64,000 nt of DNA, from assembly GCA_963674695.2 (NCBI GenBank), contig CAXXGI010000003.1, positions 128,001 through 192,000 on the forward strand, written 5' to 3'. Source of the DNA: a bacterium (GTDB lineage: Bacteria > UBA10199 > 2-02-FULL-44-16 > JAAZCA01). A program made the translations under genes and the position numbers. Under the pieces are notes generated by a model. The model was not told the DNA's origin and made no database searches. It worked only from the letters and a program-made list of their open reading frames with translations. Positions 1-9,176 of this stretch are shown piece by piece. The stretch's first letter is position 1, and each line of letters starts with the position of its first letter.

Positions 1-130
1 CTTGCGGCAGATCGATGAGGGCTTCGATTTGTTCGAACGGATCCGCTTCGAGCGTCATGTCGAAGGGGGGAATGCCCGTCATGCCGGCATATGCCGGTGG
101 GGCGATGATGTGAGGAACGATAGTCGTCAT
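1..130 (-). CDS. hypothetical protein, N-terminal fragment (runs off window edge)
   Basis: ATG at 130 on the minus strand reads MTTIVPHIIAPPAYAGMTGIPPFDMTLEADPFEQIEALIDLPQ without a stop to the window edge; it lies 20 nt downstream of the recurrent promoter motif at 151-178. Confidence 0.55.
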   Translation of the reverse strand, partial: MTTIVPHIIAPPAYAGMTGIPPFDMTLEADPFEQIEALIDLPQ

Positions 131-150
131 GTCCTAACCCGGTACTCTTC

Positions 151-178
151 TTATCGGCGGAGGGGGGTAAAAGTTGCG
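151..178 (-). promoter_or_regulatory. sigma28/FliA-like promoter motif CGCAAC-N14-GCCGATAA
   Basis: Reverse complement reads cgcaac ttttaccccc ctcc gccgataa; the -10 element equals the FliA consensus GCCGATAA. Confidence 0.7.
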
Positions 179-193
179 CGGAAAATGAGGGTG

Positions 194-598
194 CTATTCC
201 TCTGTCAAACGCTTGATCATCGCGCGTTGTTTTTCGCGTTCTGCCTCGATCTGGAGATAGCCGCGCTCACAGGCCTGCATGTGGACGACCGTCGGCTGGA
301 GGAGGAAACACTTATGAAAGGGAGCCTCTTTGTGGAAGGCGATGAGGGGTTCGGTGAAGAGGCGCACGATTCCGGAGGTGAATGTCGCCCCGATGCTGCC
401 CATCCAGGCATGCTGCATCTGAATGTCCTGCCAAACAGAAGTCTGATCGGATATGGAGGTTGGACGGTATCCCGGAGCATACGGGTTGAGTCCGGCTGCG
501 TCTTTCTCCTGGGCGACGAGAGTGCGAACATCGTGCGATTCGTTCCAGACGCGCATGGCCCAGGTATGCAGCGATTCGATGATGTTCGTTTCCGCCAT
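194..598 (-). CDS. hypothetical protein (134 aa)
   Basis: ORF with an RBS-like GAGGA upstream and a promoter motif at 623-650; no recognisable domain. Confidence 0.65.
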   Translation of the reverse strand: MAETNIIESLHTWAMRVWNESHDVRTLVAQEKDAAGLNPYAPGYRPTSISDQTSVWQDIQMQHAWMGSIGATFTSGIVRLFTEPLIAFHKEAPFHKCFLLQPTVVHMQACERGYLQIEAEREKQRAMIKRLTEE

Positions 599-622
599 GA
601 GTTCCTCATCCTTTCACTGTTG

Positions 623-650
623 TTATCGGCGCTGCGCAAGAAAAGTTGTG
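623..650 (-). promoter_or_regulatory. sigma28/FliA-like promoter motif CACAAC-N14-GCCGATAA
   Basis: Reverse complement cacaac ttttcttgcgcagc gccgataa overlaps the ogt stop codon and points into ORF 194-598. Confidence 0.65.
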
Positions 651-1153
651 TGGGAAATCTCAATGGTTTCCAAGGCCAACAACCGGCGTTTTCGCGCGAT
701 GCCTCCCGAAAATCCGCCGATGCCTCCATCGGAGGCGATCACGCGATGGCAGGGGACGATGATCGGCACGGGATTGGCGCCGCAGGCTTGTGCCACCGCC
801 CGATAGGCGCGCGGCCGTTTCACCGCACGTGCCAGCCACGCATAGCTTTTCGTGTGTCCCCACGGGATCGTGCGGATGGCCCGCCAGACCTCGCGCTGAA
901 AGGGGGTCCCGGAGAGGAACAAAAGGGGGAGGTCGAATGCTTCCGCGTCCCCTCGGGCATAGCGCTCGAGCTTCACAAAGAGCGCACGCAGCCAGGCATT
1001 GGGCCGGTTTTCGACGGCCCCCCGCGGCAGGATGCGCAGGAGTTCTCGCCGGCCGCCCGAGAGCGCGATCGCACAGATTCCCTCGTCGGTGGCCCCCGCC
1101 CAAATGGAACCAAGTTCCGCGATCGTCCGATGATCGAGAAAGATGCGTTTCAT
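623..1153 (-). CDS. ogt: methylated-DNA--protein-cysteine S-methyltransferase
   Basis: GTPFQREVW, IPWGHTKSY and the active-site NPVPIIVPCHRV motif; start set at MKRIF (1153) after GGAGAG. Confidence 0.93.
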   Translation of the reverse strand: MKRIFLDHRTIAELGSIWAGATDEGICAIALSGGRRELLRILPRGAVENRPNAWLRALFVKLERYARGDAEAFDLPLLFLSGTPFQREVWRAIRTIPWGHTKSYAWLARAVKRPRAYRAVAQACGANPVPIIVPCHRVIASDGGIGGFSGGIARKRRLLALETIEISHTTFLAQRR

Positions 1154-1313
1154 TATTCTCTCCATACACGTTTTCCTTATGGATTTGACCATTTTTTGAC
1201 GCCTTGCATTCCACAATGAGAATTTTTTCAGTTTGAGAGCATCAGCGCCGCTTTCTCATAACGAAAATCCTTATAAATTGAGTTGTTAAAGGCCATTTGC
1301 TCATGTCTTCATA

Positions 1314-1329
1314 TGGCATGATTGCTGCA
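1314..1329 (+). promoter_or_regulatory. sigma54 -24/-12 promoter
   Basis: TGGCATGATTGCTGCA fits TGGCAC-N5-TTGC with correct GG-N10-GC spacing, 40 nt upstream of the ATG at 1369 in an AT-rich intergenic region. Confidence 0.65.
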
Positions 1330-1368
1330 TATTTGAAGAGGCGTGATTCCAAACTGAAGGAGATCGCC

Positions 1369-1767
1369 ATGAAATCAAAGAGCGAATTGAGCGAGCATAT
1401 GGAGATCGTCGACGGCAACAGGCGCCAGAAGGGGCATTCCCCCCTCGAGCTCTGGGGCCGCATGCACCGTGGCGAGCGCAAGTCGCAGCGTGTCGAGCGC
1501 GCGCCCTTCGACAGCATGATGGCCGTCTTTGCCGATCGCGTGACCTATACGTTTATCCTCGAAAACGAGGTGGCATCGATTCATTTCGACCGCCGGCGCG
1601 GGGAGATCTTCTTTAAGGGCCATAATATCAGTAACATGGAGCTCACCCCCCCTCAACGCGAGGCCCTGATGCACATGGGCCAGATGCTCACGCGCGAAAC
1701 CCGCACGAAACCATTTTCTGCCGATTATGACGCAACTTTGGGTCGTCTCCTTGCCGATAATGAATAG
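1369..1767 (+). CDS. hypothetical protein (132 aa)
   Basis: ATG preceded by AAGGAG; GC3-biased ORF; no recognised domain. Confidence 0.7.
   Translation: MKSKSELSEHMEIVDGNRRQKGHSPLELWGRMHRGERKSQRVERAPFDSMMAVFADRVTYTFILENEVASIHFDRRRGEIFFKGHNISNMELTPPQREALMHMGQMLTRETRTKPFSADYDATLGRLLADNE
1731..1760 (+). promoter_or_regulatory. sigma28/FliA-like promoter motif CGCAAC-N16-GCCGATAA
   Basis: cgcaac tttgggtcgtctcctt gccgataa; spacer 2 nt longer than in most other copies; upstream of ORF 1929 with a MITE in between. Confidence 0.5.
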
Positions 1768-1898
1768 AGACTATCGGGAGATGGGATTTTGTTGTCATTC
1801 CCGCGGAAGCGGGAATCTCGAAGTACTTAAAAAACCGAGATTCCCGCTTCCGCGGGAATGACAACAATCAGTAAAATCGTCTTTTCCCGACAGACTCT
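1766..1898. mobile_element. 133-bp MITE (family A) with internal REP doublet
   Basis: Imperfect TIRs AGAGACTATCGGGAGA / TTTCCCGACAGACTCT enclose an inverted pair of GTCATTCCCGCG..GCGGGAATC palindromes; a second 133-bp copy is at 60462-60594. Confidence 0.75.
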
Positions 1899-1928
1899 CC
1901 GTAGAGTGCCTCGGCATTCGGGGGCGAC

Positions 1929-2570
1929 ATGACCTTTCTGCGAAAAATTTCACGGACGGTGTCCAAGGGCAGCCTTTTTGGCAAGGGCCGCGCTCGGCGC
2001 ACCGATCTGCCGCTCGATCGTCAGCTCACCTTCAATCCCACGAAGGATGAACGCTGGACCTTCGAGGAGGAACGCCGCATCTGCCTCAACGGCGTTGATG
2101 TGGCCGAACTCGTCTGCGAGGGGGGCAACGATGTGCGCCTGCTCTCCGGCGTCTCCCAGGGGCTCTCCGAATACCGCACGTTCGTCTGGTCCAAGCAGGG
2201 CGGAAAGGGGCAGGCCAAGTTTAACGCCCGCGTCATGTCGCTGCAGGATACGATCGTGCATCGCCTCGGAAACATCTACGACGGCATGACCGGCGGGGTG
2301 CACATTGAGTGCGCGGGCGAGAACTTCTGGATCAACAACGTGAACGTGCGCGCGGTGCTCATGCGTTTTCGTGTTCATCCTACCGAACAGGTGCGTCTCT
2401 ATTTAATGGGGTTTCGCGACAAGCTTCACTTGATTCTCTCGCGCCAGCAGTCTAGCACTCGAAGTGATGCCATCCACGATCAGGCGCGAAAGATTTTCGA
2501 CGAGATCGAAGATGCCCTCGAGTGTCTTCCGGCCGATGCTCCTCCTCGCCTGTGCGCTCACAACGGGTAG
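1929..2570 (+). CDS. hypothetical protein (213 aa) with a probable internal duplication
   Basis: GC3-biased ORF; the segments ICLNGVDVAELV and FWINNVNVRAVL resemble each other. Confidence 0.7.
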   Translation: MTFLRKISRTVSKGSLFGKGRARRTDLPLDRQLTFNPTKDERWTFEEERRICLNGVDVAELVCEGGNDVRLLSGVSQGLSEYRTFVWSKQGGKGQAKFNARVMSLQDTIVHRLGNIYDGMTGGVHIECAGENFWINNVNVRAVLMRFRVHPTEQVRLYLMGFRDKLHLILSRQQSSTRSDAIHDQARKIFDEIEDALECLPADAPPRLCAHNG

Positions 2571-4923
2571 TGCAAGCCGCGCTCTCTTTGCCTTCACCTC
2601 TCCCTTCGCTTCGATTGTGGTCGCCCTCATCGCGGCCATGCTCTTTCTCTTCATTTCATTTCTCCTGCGCCGACGTCTTCATTTCATCATGGCGCTGCTC
2701 ATCGCAATCGCCTTCATCGTCGGCGCGGCATCGGCCGATCGCGCGATGGAGCGAGCACAACGCGTGAGCGTTTCGCTCGATACGAAGGCAGCGCTCGCCT
2801 GCCGTGCGCGCGTGATACGATTCCCGCAGATCAAAAGCTGGGGGACGCGCGTCGATGTTCAGCTCGATTCCTGTTCGGAAGGGAAGGGCGATCGGTTCGA
2901 GCCGGCCTTCGGCGCGGTGCGTCTGTCGATCCTCCACGGCGGCGACGTCCTTCTCCCCGGCGACCATATACAGTTTCGCGCGCGTTTCACGCGGCCGCGC
3001 GATTATCGCAACCCGGGGGCCTTCTCCTATGCGCGCTATCTCGCGGTACACGGCATCGGCGCGACGGGGCGTGTCGTCGGGAAACCCGAGCTGGTGCAGG
3101 AGGGCGCGGGCTTCGGGCGCATCGTCGGAGGATTGCGGCGGCGTGTGCGTGATTCGCTCGCGCAGGTCGCCGATCCGGCGCGTCGCGGCGTGCTCCTCGC
3201 ACTCGCCATCGGCGCGCGCGATGATATTACGGCCGAGCAGCGCGATCGATACGCCCGCGCGGGGTTGGCCCACCTCCTGGCGATCTCCGGTCTGCACGTC
3301 GGATATGTCGCGCTCCTCGTCTTTCTGCTCGCGAGGGTCTTCTTCGGCCTTTTTCCGCGCCTCTTTCTCCGCGTTCCGCTGCAGCGCCTGGCGGCAGCGG
3401 TCACGCTTCCGGCCATCTGGGGGTTCGTGGCGCTCGCGGCCTTTCCGATCTCCGCCGTGCGTGCCGCGATCATGATATCGGTCTTTCTCCTCGGCGTTTT
3501 GATCGGCCGTCGCCAGGACCTGCCGACGACACTCGCCGCGGCGGTCTGCGTCATCCTCATCATCCTGCCGCTCTCAGTCTTCGATGTCTCCTTTCAGCTC
3601 TCGGTCGTCGCGGTCGCCGGCATCATGCTCCTCGTTCCGCGCATTGCGCGAGCGCTGCCGGCGGGGCGAATGCGAACAGGGCGCGCGCTGCGCGCGGCTG
3701 CACTCCTGGGTGCGGTGACCGTCGCCGCCACGCTCGCCACGCTTCCGCTCGTCGCCGCGCACTTTCAGGTCGTCACCTTTGCGGGGCTCGTCACCAATCT
3801 CGTCGCGGTGCCGCTGGCGGGGATCGCGCTCGTGCCCCTGGTGGCCGTGGCACAGGTCGTTGCGCTCATCGCTCCCGCTATCGCTGCGCCGATCTGGTCG
3901 TTGGCGGCGGTTCTGGCCGGAGCGCTCGACGCTATTGCGTCGGCAGGGGCGCGCTGGGGCGATGCGCTCGTCTTTCGCTGGGCGCCGAGCCCGCTCGAAG
4001 CGGGGGGCGTGCTGTTGCTCATCGCCGCGGTTGTCTTCTGGCCGCATCGCACCTATAAACGATGGATCGGAACGGTCCTGGTGCTCGTCTGTCTCGCGGG
4101 CGTGGGGTTTGCGGGAGTTCATATGATGGAAAAACCGTCTCTCGAAATGGTGGTGCTCGACGTCGGACAGGGCGATGCGATCCTCGTGCGCTTCCCCGAC
4201 GGCAGCGACTGGCTCATCGATGGCGGGGGCAAGCGATATGGGTCGTTCGATGTCGGCGAGAAGGTGGTTGTCCCCGCGCTCCTGCGCCTGGGCGTGCATC
4301 ACTTGCACGGCGTCGTCCTCACGCATCCGCACCACGATCACTATCGCGGCTTGGGCGCCATCGCGCGCGCGTTCCAGCCGCCGCGCATTCTGACCAATGG
4401 GTTGGATGCGCCGCCGCAGGAGAAAGGACATTGGGCGCGCTTTCAAGCGCAGCTTGCAGAACTGAGCGTCCCGCTGGAAGTGGTTCCGGAGGGGAAGACG
4501 ACGTATGCCTTCGGCGGTGCGCAGATGCACGTGATACGTCTCCCTTGGCAGGCGGGGGATGATCTCAACGACTCCTCGCTCGTCGTCGATCTGCGCTTCG
4601 GTGCGCATCGCTTTCTGCTCATGGGCGATCTGGCCGAAACGGGCGAGGGCAGATTGTTGGCAATCGAAGGGGATCTGTACGCCGACGTCCTCAAGGTGGG
4701 GCATCACGGCAGCATCGATGCGACGACACCCGAATTGCTCTCCGCCGTCGATCCGAAGGTCGCCATCATCTCGGTGGGGGAGAACCCCTACGGCGTGCCG
4801 CACGCGGCAACGCTCGAGCGCTTGGGCGAAGCGGAGATCGATGTCCTGCGCACCGATGAGGATGGTGCCGTCGCGGTTGAAAGCGATGGGGAGCGATTGT
4901 TCGTCAAGTCCCTGACGCCATAG
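2536..4923 (+). CDS. comEC: DNA internalization competence protein ComEC/Rec2
   Basis: NPGAFSY, AGLAHLLAISGLHV, SFQLS, multiple TM segments and a C-terminal MBL domain (DVGQGD, THPHHDH, KVGHHGS); start approximate. Confidence 0.95.
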   Translation: MLLLACALTTGSASRALFAFTSPFASIVVALIAAMLFLFISFLLRRRLHFIMALLIAIAFIVGAASADRAMERAQRVSVSLDTKAALACRARVIRFPQIKSWGTRVDVQLDSCSEGKGDRFEPAFGAVRLSILHGGDVLLPGDHIQFRARFTRPRDYRNPGAFSYARYLAVHGIGATGRVVGKPELVQEGAGFGRIVGGLRRRVRDSLAQVADPARRGVLLALAIGARDDITAEQRDRYARAGLAHLLAISGLHVGYVALLVFLLARVFFGLFPRLFLRVPLQRLAAAVTLPAIWGFVALAAFPISAVRAAIMISVFLLGVLIGRRQDLPTTLAAAVCVILIILPLSVFDVSFQLSVVAVAGIMLLVPRIARALPAGRMRTGRALRAAALLGAVTVAATLATLPLVAAHFQVVTFAGLVTNLVAVPLAGIALVPLVAVAQVVALIAPAIAAPIWSLAAVLAGALDAIASAGARWGDALVFRWAPSPLEAGGVLLLIAAVVFWPHRTYKRWIGTVLVLVCLAGVGFAGVHMMEKPSLEMVVLDVGQGDAILVRFPDGSDWLIDGGGKRYGSFDVGEKVVVPALLRLGVHHLHGVVLTHPHHDHYRGLGAIARAFQPPRILTNGLDAPPQEKGHWARFQAQLAELSVPLEVVPEGKTTYAFGGAQMHVIRLPWQAGDDLNDSSLVVDLRFGAHRFLLMGDLAETGEGRLLAIEGDLYADVLKVGHHGSIDATTPELLSAVDPKVAIISVGENPYGVPHAATLERLGEAEIDVLRTDEDGAVAVESDGERLFVKSLTP

Positions 4924-5302
4924 GAGTTGTCATCACACGCCCAACGATATCGAGGATGTCTTGCTTTCCGAACGGTTTCTGAAGCGCCTCGGCGAATCCG
5001 CCCGCCTCGACGAATTGCTCCTGCAGCGCTGTGGGATCCTGTTCGACCTGCCCGGTCATCATGATGCAGGTCGTCTGTGGCGCGATGGTGTGGAGGGCCC
5101 GACAGGTCTCGATGCCGCTCAAGCCCGGCATGATCAGGTCGATGAAGATGATGCGATACGCTTTCTCTCTCGCCCGTTCGATGGCGGCATGCCCATCGGG
5201 GACACACTCGACCTCGAACCCCTCATGCGTAAGGATCATCTGCATCGCGGAACTGACGATCTCGATATCGTCGACGATCAGGATTTGGTTTCCTGCTTCC
5301 AT
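4904..5302 (-). CDS. single-domain response regulator (receiver)
   Basis: ILIVDD, DLIMPGLSG, MMTG and KPF receiver motifs. Confidence 0.9.
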   Translation of the reverse strand: MEAGNQILIVDDIEIVSSAMQMILTHEGFEVECVPDGHAAIERAREKAYRIIFIDLIMPGLSGIETCRALHTIAPQTTCIMMTGQVEQDPTALQEQFVEAGGFAEALQKPFGKQDILDIVGRVMTTPMASGT

Positions 5303-5303
5303 A

Positions 5304-8300
5304 CTATCTCCTCGCCGTCTGTTTCTGGTTGTGCCGGATCGGCAGCGTCAACGCGACCGTCGTCCCCTTGTGTGCCTTGCTCTGAACGGTGATCGTCCCC
5401 TTGTGCGCGGTGATGATGCCGTGGCAGATGGAGAGCCCGAGCCCGATCCCCCTGCTTGCCTTTTTCGTCGTGAAGAAGGGGTCGAAGATGTGCGGGAGGG
5501 TATCAGGGTTGATGCCCTCGCCCGTGTCGATGCACTCCATGCGGAGGGCCTTTTGCTTTTTGAGGGGTTTGGTCCGGATGGTGAGGGTTCCTCCATCGGG
5601 CATCGCGTCGCAGGCGTTGTTCACGATGTTGATGCAGACCTGCTGGAGTTGGTTGCGGTCCCCTTCAATTGAGGGAAGATCAGTCCCGATCTCTTTGACG
5701 ACACGAATATTCGTCTTCCGCAGTCTGTTCCGGCAGAGCAGCAGCGCCTGGTCGATGAGCGTGAGCGGGTCGATCGTGGTGCAATCGAACGAGGAGGGTC
5801 GTGAGAATTCGCTCAGTCCCTTGACGATGCTGGCCATATACCGCACCGCCTCGATCATCATCGTGCCCTCGTTTGTTCCGGGAGTGCCGCTCACCTCTCG
5901 ATCGCACCGGGCCTCCAGGAGTGCGGTCAATCCGGTCAGCGGGCTGTTGAGTTCATGGGCGACTCCAGCGGCGAGGCGTCCGATGCCGGCGAGTTTGTCC
6001 GCCTGGATGAGTTGCTCCTGTGTCGTGTGCAGTTCTGCCGTGGTGGTTTTGACAGCGCCCTCCAGCGCATGCGCTTTTTGTTCCAAAGCAACCTCTGCGC
6101 GCCAGCGTTCGGTGATGTCCTCCAGGGCGAGCAGGATGAGCGGTGTCTCCTCATCTTTCTGGTGCAGCTGCCGGGCATTGAGCAGGATCATCCGCTCCCC
6201 GATGCCGGGAAAATGGCGAGCCACCTCGAAGGATTCAAAACCGCCGCCCTGCGCGATGATCGCCTTCAGGTGCTTGAGCAATGCAGGGATCTTCCATTCC
6301 TGATCGCCCAGATCGACGAGCGCCTGCCCCTCCGTTTTCCTTTTGGTCTGATGAAAGTGCGTGCAGAACGCCTTGTTGGCGGAGACGACGCGCAGCTTCG
6401 CATCGAGGACGAGCAGCGGTTCTCGAACGGTGGCGATGATGCCTTCGGCAAAATCGCGGGCGCGCTGCAGCGCGATCTGGCCTCGCTTGATGTCGTCGAT
6501 GTCCAGGAACACGAGCACCACGCCGTCGATCCGGTTGTCGTGGGTGCGGTAGGGCCGGATCTGCAGCCGGTACCATCGTTTGTTTCCGGTTTGCAGCTCC
6601 TGTTCAAACACGGTGAGTGTGTGCAGGACGCCATCGATGGCCTTTTTCAGGCCCGGCAGGTCGATCGGCGTACGAATCTGCGTGAATGCGCGCCCGATGT
6701 CGGCCGATGTCAGTCCCAGGACGTTCTTCGTCGCTGGGGTGATTTTTCGCACGCGCAGGTCGCCCCCCAGCATGACGATGGGGATCGTGATGCTCGTGAT
6801 CAGGTTGTCGAGCACATCGTTGACCTGTCCGAGCTCATCATTGCGGTTCTGCAGCTCCTCGTTGACCGTGTTGATCTCTTCGTTGGTCGACTGCAGCTCC
6901 TCCTTGGCGGTCTCGAGCTCCTCGTTGGTGCTCTGCAACTCTTCGTTGGCCGAGAGGATCTCCTCGTTGCTGGTGATGAGCTCCTCGTTCGAATGGTTCT
7001 GCTCTTCGATGATCGACTGCAGAAATGTTTTGGTCGCGTCGAGTTCGTGTTTGAGTTGGGCGCATTCGCGTCGTTCGGCGCTGCTCCTTCCCCGAGTGGA
7101 GGACACGGCAGCAGTGGTCTTATCGCTCGCTGCCATCGGCATCTCCTCGAAGAGGATGATGAAATACCGATCCTTCGAACGAGGGGCCTTGAGCGGGGCG
7201 ACCTCCAGGGCGACCGAACGGGTCCGCCCATCCTCTTCCTTCAAACGGATGCCCTCGCGGCGTGCGGAGCGGCTTTTCTTGCGCACCGCGGTGATGGCGC
7301 TGTGCAGCTCGGGCAGCAGCTCGCTGCGCGCCATCTTGAGCAGGTTCATGCTCGGGCGACCGGGCGGCTGATCCAGATAGGGGCCGGTCCGTCCCCGAAA
7401 CTGGAGGATCTCCATGCGGTCATCGACGACGACGCAGGCGGGGACGAAGCGCCGAACCAGGTGCTCGTCCGTGGCGCGCTGCAGATCGAACGCCGGGGAA
7501 AGGGTCTGTTCGATCATCTTCGCAGGCAGCCCGGCAGGCGCTCGTTTCGGGAGGAAGAAGGGACGGCGTGCATGTGAAGGGCCTTCGCCCCGGGAATAGA
7601 GTCGATGTTTATGATCGACCGCTTGAAAGAGATCCGCAAACCCGCTGGGGACCTCGGCCGAGCCGAGCAGGAGAAAGCCCCCCGGTTTGAGGGCATAGTG
7701 AAACAGCGGCATGACCACGTGCTGCAGGGTCTTGCCGAGATAGATCAGGACGTTGCGACAGCTGATCAGATCGAGCTGCGAGAAGGGCGGATCGCGGGTC
7801 ATGTCCTGGCGCGCGAAGATGCACATCTCGCGGATTTCCTTGCAGACCTTGAATCCCCCATCGTGCGGCTTGAAGAAGCGTTTCCGGCGCGCGGGCGAGA
7901 CCCCCTGCATGGCCTTGGTCGTGAAGATGCCGGCGCGCGCCTTCTCGATCGCCTCCTCGCTGACGTCGGTGCCGAAGATCTGGACCGGCGATGCGATGCC
8001 GCGCTTGTGGAGATATTCGCTCAGGCAGATGGCGAGGGAGAAGACCTCTTCGCCGCTCGAACAGCCCGGAACCCAGACGCGAATCGGCTCTCCGCGCTTG
8101 GCCCCCTCGGCAATGCGACCAAAGGCCTTGCGCGCAAGCGCGGTGAAGACGGCGCGGTCGCGAAAGAATCCGGTGACGCCGATGAGCACATCGGAGACGA
8201 GGTGGTGCATTTCATCCGGGTTCTTGCGCAGCTCGGCGGCATAGTTCGCCAGTGTCTCCATGTGCTGCAGCAGCATGCGTCGATGAATGCGCCGCTCCAG

Positions 8301-9077
8301 CGTGGTCTGCTTGTAGTGCAGAAAGTCGATGCCCGTCTCGTCGCGCAGCAGCGCCAGGATGTGCTGAAGAAAGACATGGTCCTCAGCGGTGAAGGAAGCG
8401 GGGCCGGCCATTCTCCGGCGCGCTTTCAGCGGTTGCCGTCCCAGTCGAATCAGTTCCTGCGCCATCTCCGCGGGAGAGAGCACCATGTCGATGCATCCGG
8501 AGGCGATGGCCTTGCGCGGCATGCCGTCGAACCGGGCGCCGGCCGGGTTCTGCGCCAGCGTGATGCCGCCACCATTCTTGATGGCCGCAACACCCTGGCT
8601 CCCATCCGAGGCCGTCCCCGACAGGACGATGCCGATGGCCCGCTCCCCCGCATCGGTGGCCAGCGCGGTGAAGAAGGCATCGATCGGCAGGTGTTGCGCA
8701 CTGCCCTTTGCGCGCGGACGCAGGATGAATGTTCCGTTCTTGATGCCGATGGTCCCCGCCGGCGGGATGACGTAGACGTGATCGGCCTGAATCGGCATGC
8801 CATCGGCAACACTCGCCACGGGCATGTCGGTGGTCTTGGCGATCAGCGCCGGCAGGATGCTCTCGTGATCGGGATCGAGGTGTTGGATCAAAACGAACGC
8901 CATGCCCGTCTTGGAGGGGAGTGCGGCAAAGAATTCCGAAAACGCCTCGAGCCCCCCGGCGGAGGCGCCGATGCCGATCACAAAGGAGGGCTTTATCTTG
9001 CCAGGGCTCTTCTTTTTTCGAACGGCCTTGGGTTGCTTCTTCGGTGTGCGACTGCGTTTCACGTTTCGCGGCGTCAT
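5304..9077 (-). CDS. CheB methylesterase-CheR methyltransferase-PAS-histidine kinase fusion
   Basis: GIGASAGG (CheB), VPGCSSGEE and ISCRNVLIY (CheR), the SANEELQSTNEELET coiled coil, PAS domains, H-box AHELNSP, and DPFFTTK/GIGLGL ATPase motifs. Confidence 0.93.
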   Translation of the reverse strand: MTPRNVKRSRTPKKQPKAVRKKKSPGKIKPSFVIGIGASAGGLEAFSEFFAALPSKTGMAFVLIQHLDPDHESILPALIAKTTDMPVASVADGMPIQADHVYVIPPAGTIGIKNGTFILRPRAKGSAQHLPIDAFFTALATDAGERAIGIVLSGTASDGSQGVAAIKNGGGITLAQNPAGARFDGMPRKAIASGCIDMVLSPAEMAQELIRLGRQPLKARRRMAGPASFTAEDHVFLQHILALLRDETGIDFLHYKQTTLERRIHRRMLLQHMETLANYAAELRKNPDEMHHLVSDVLIGVTGFFRDRAVFTALARKAFGRIAEGAKRGEPIRVWVPGCSSGEEVFSLAICLSEYLHKRGIASPVQIFGTDVSEEAIEKARAGIFTTKAMQGVSPARRKRFFKPHDGGFKVCKEIREMCIFARQDMTRDPPFSQLDLISCRNVLIYLGKTLQHVVMPLFHYALKPGGFLLLGSAEVPSGFADLFQAVDHKHRLYSRGEGPSHARRPFFLPKRAPAGLPAKMIEQTLSPAFDLQRATDEHLVRRFVPACVVVDDRMEILQFRGRTGPYLDQPPGRPSMNLLKMARSELLPELHSAITAVRKKSRSARREGIRLKEEDGRTRSVALEVAPLKAPRSKDRYFIILFEEMPMAASDKTTAAVSSTRGRSSAERRECAQLKHELDATKTFLQSIIEEQNHSNEELITSNEEILSANEELQSTNEELETAKEELQSTNEEINTVNEELQNRNDELGQVNDVLDNLITSITIPIVMLGGDLRVRKITPATKNVLGLTSADIGRAFTQIRTPIDLPGLKKAIDGVLHTLTVFEQELQTGNKRWYRLQIRPYRTHDNRIDGVVLVFLDIDDIKRGQIALQRARDFAEGIIATVREPLLVLDAKLRVVSANKAFCTHFHQTKRKTEGQALVDLGDQEWKIPALLKHLKAIIAQGGGFESFEVARHFPGIGERMILLNARQLHQKDEETPLILLALEDITERWRAEVALEQKAHALEGAVKTTTAELHTTQEQLIQADKLAGIGRLAAGVAHELNSPLTGLTALLEARCDREVSGTPGTNEGTMMIEAVRYMASIVKGLSEFSRPSSFDCTTIDPLTLIDQALLLCRNRLRKTNIRVVKEIGTDLPSIEGDRNQLQQVCINIVNNACDAMPDGGTLTIRTKPLKKQKALRMECIDTGEGINPDTLPHIFDPFFTTKKASRGIGLGLSICHGIITAHKGTITVQSKAHKGTTVALTLPIRHNQKQTARR

Positions 9078-9176
9078 AAGAAATACATCCCCCTGAAATG
9101 ATATTTCTATTATTGCGCACTTGGTGGTGGGGGTAAATGGAAATAATGGCGATGCGAAAAGGAGCGATGTGTGGCT

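Noticed and set aside
2-1219. 405-aa plus-strand ORF, and similar long antisense ORFs (5955-7577, 7605-9101, 9171-11042, 14312-15670, 15676-17190, 55546-56811, 57143-58432, 61036-62328)
   Set aside because: Shadow ORFs opposite well-supported genes, expected at high GC3; no motifs of their own
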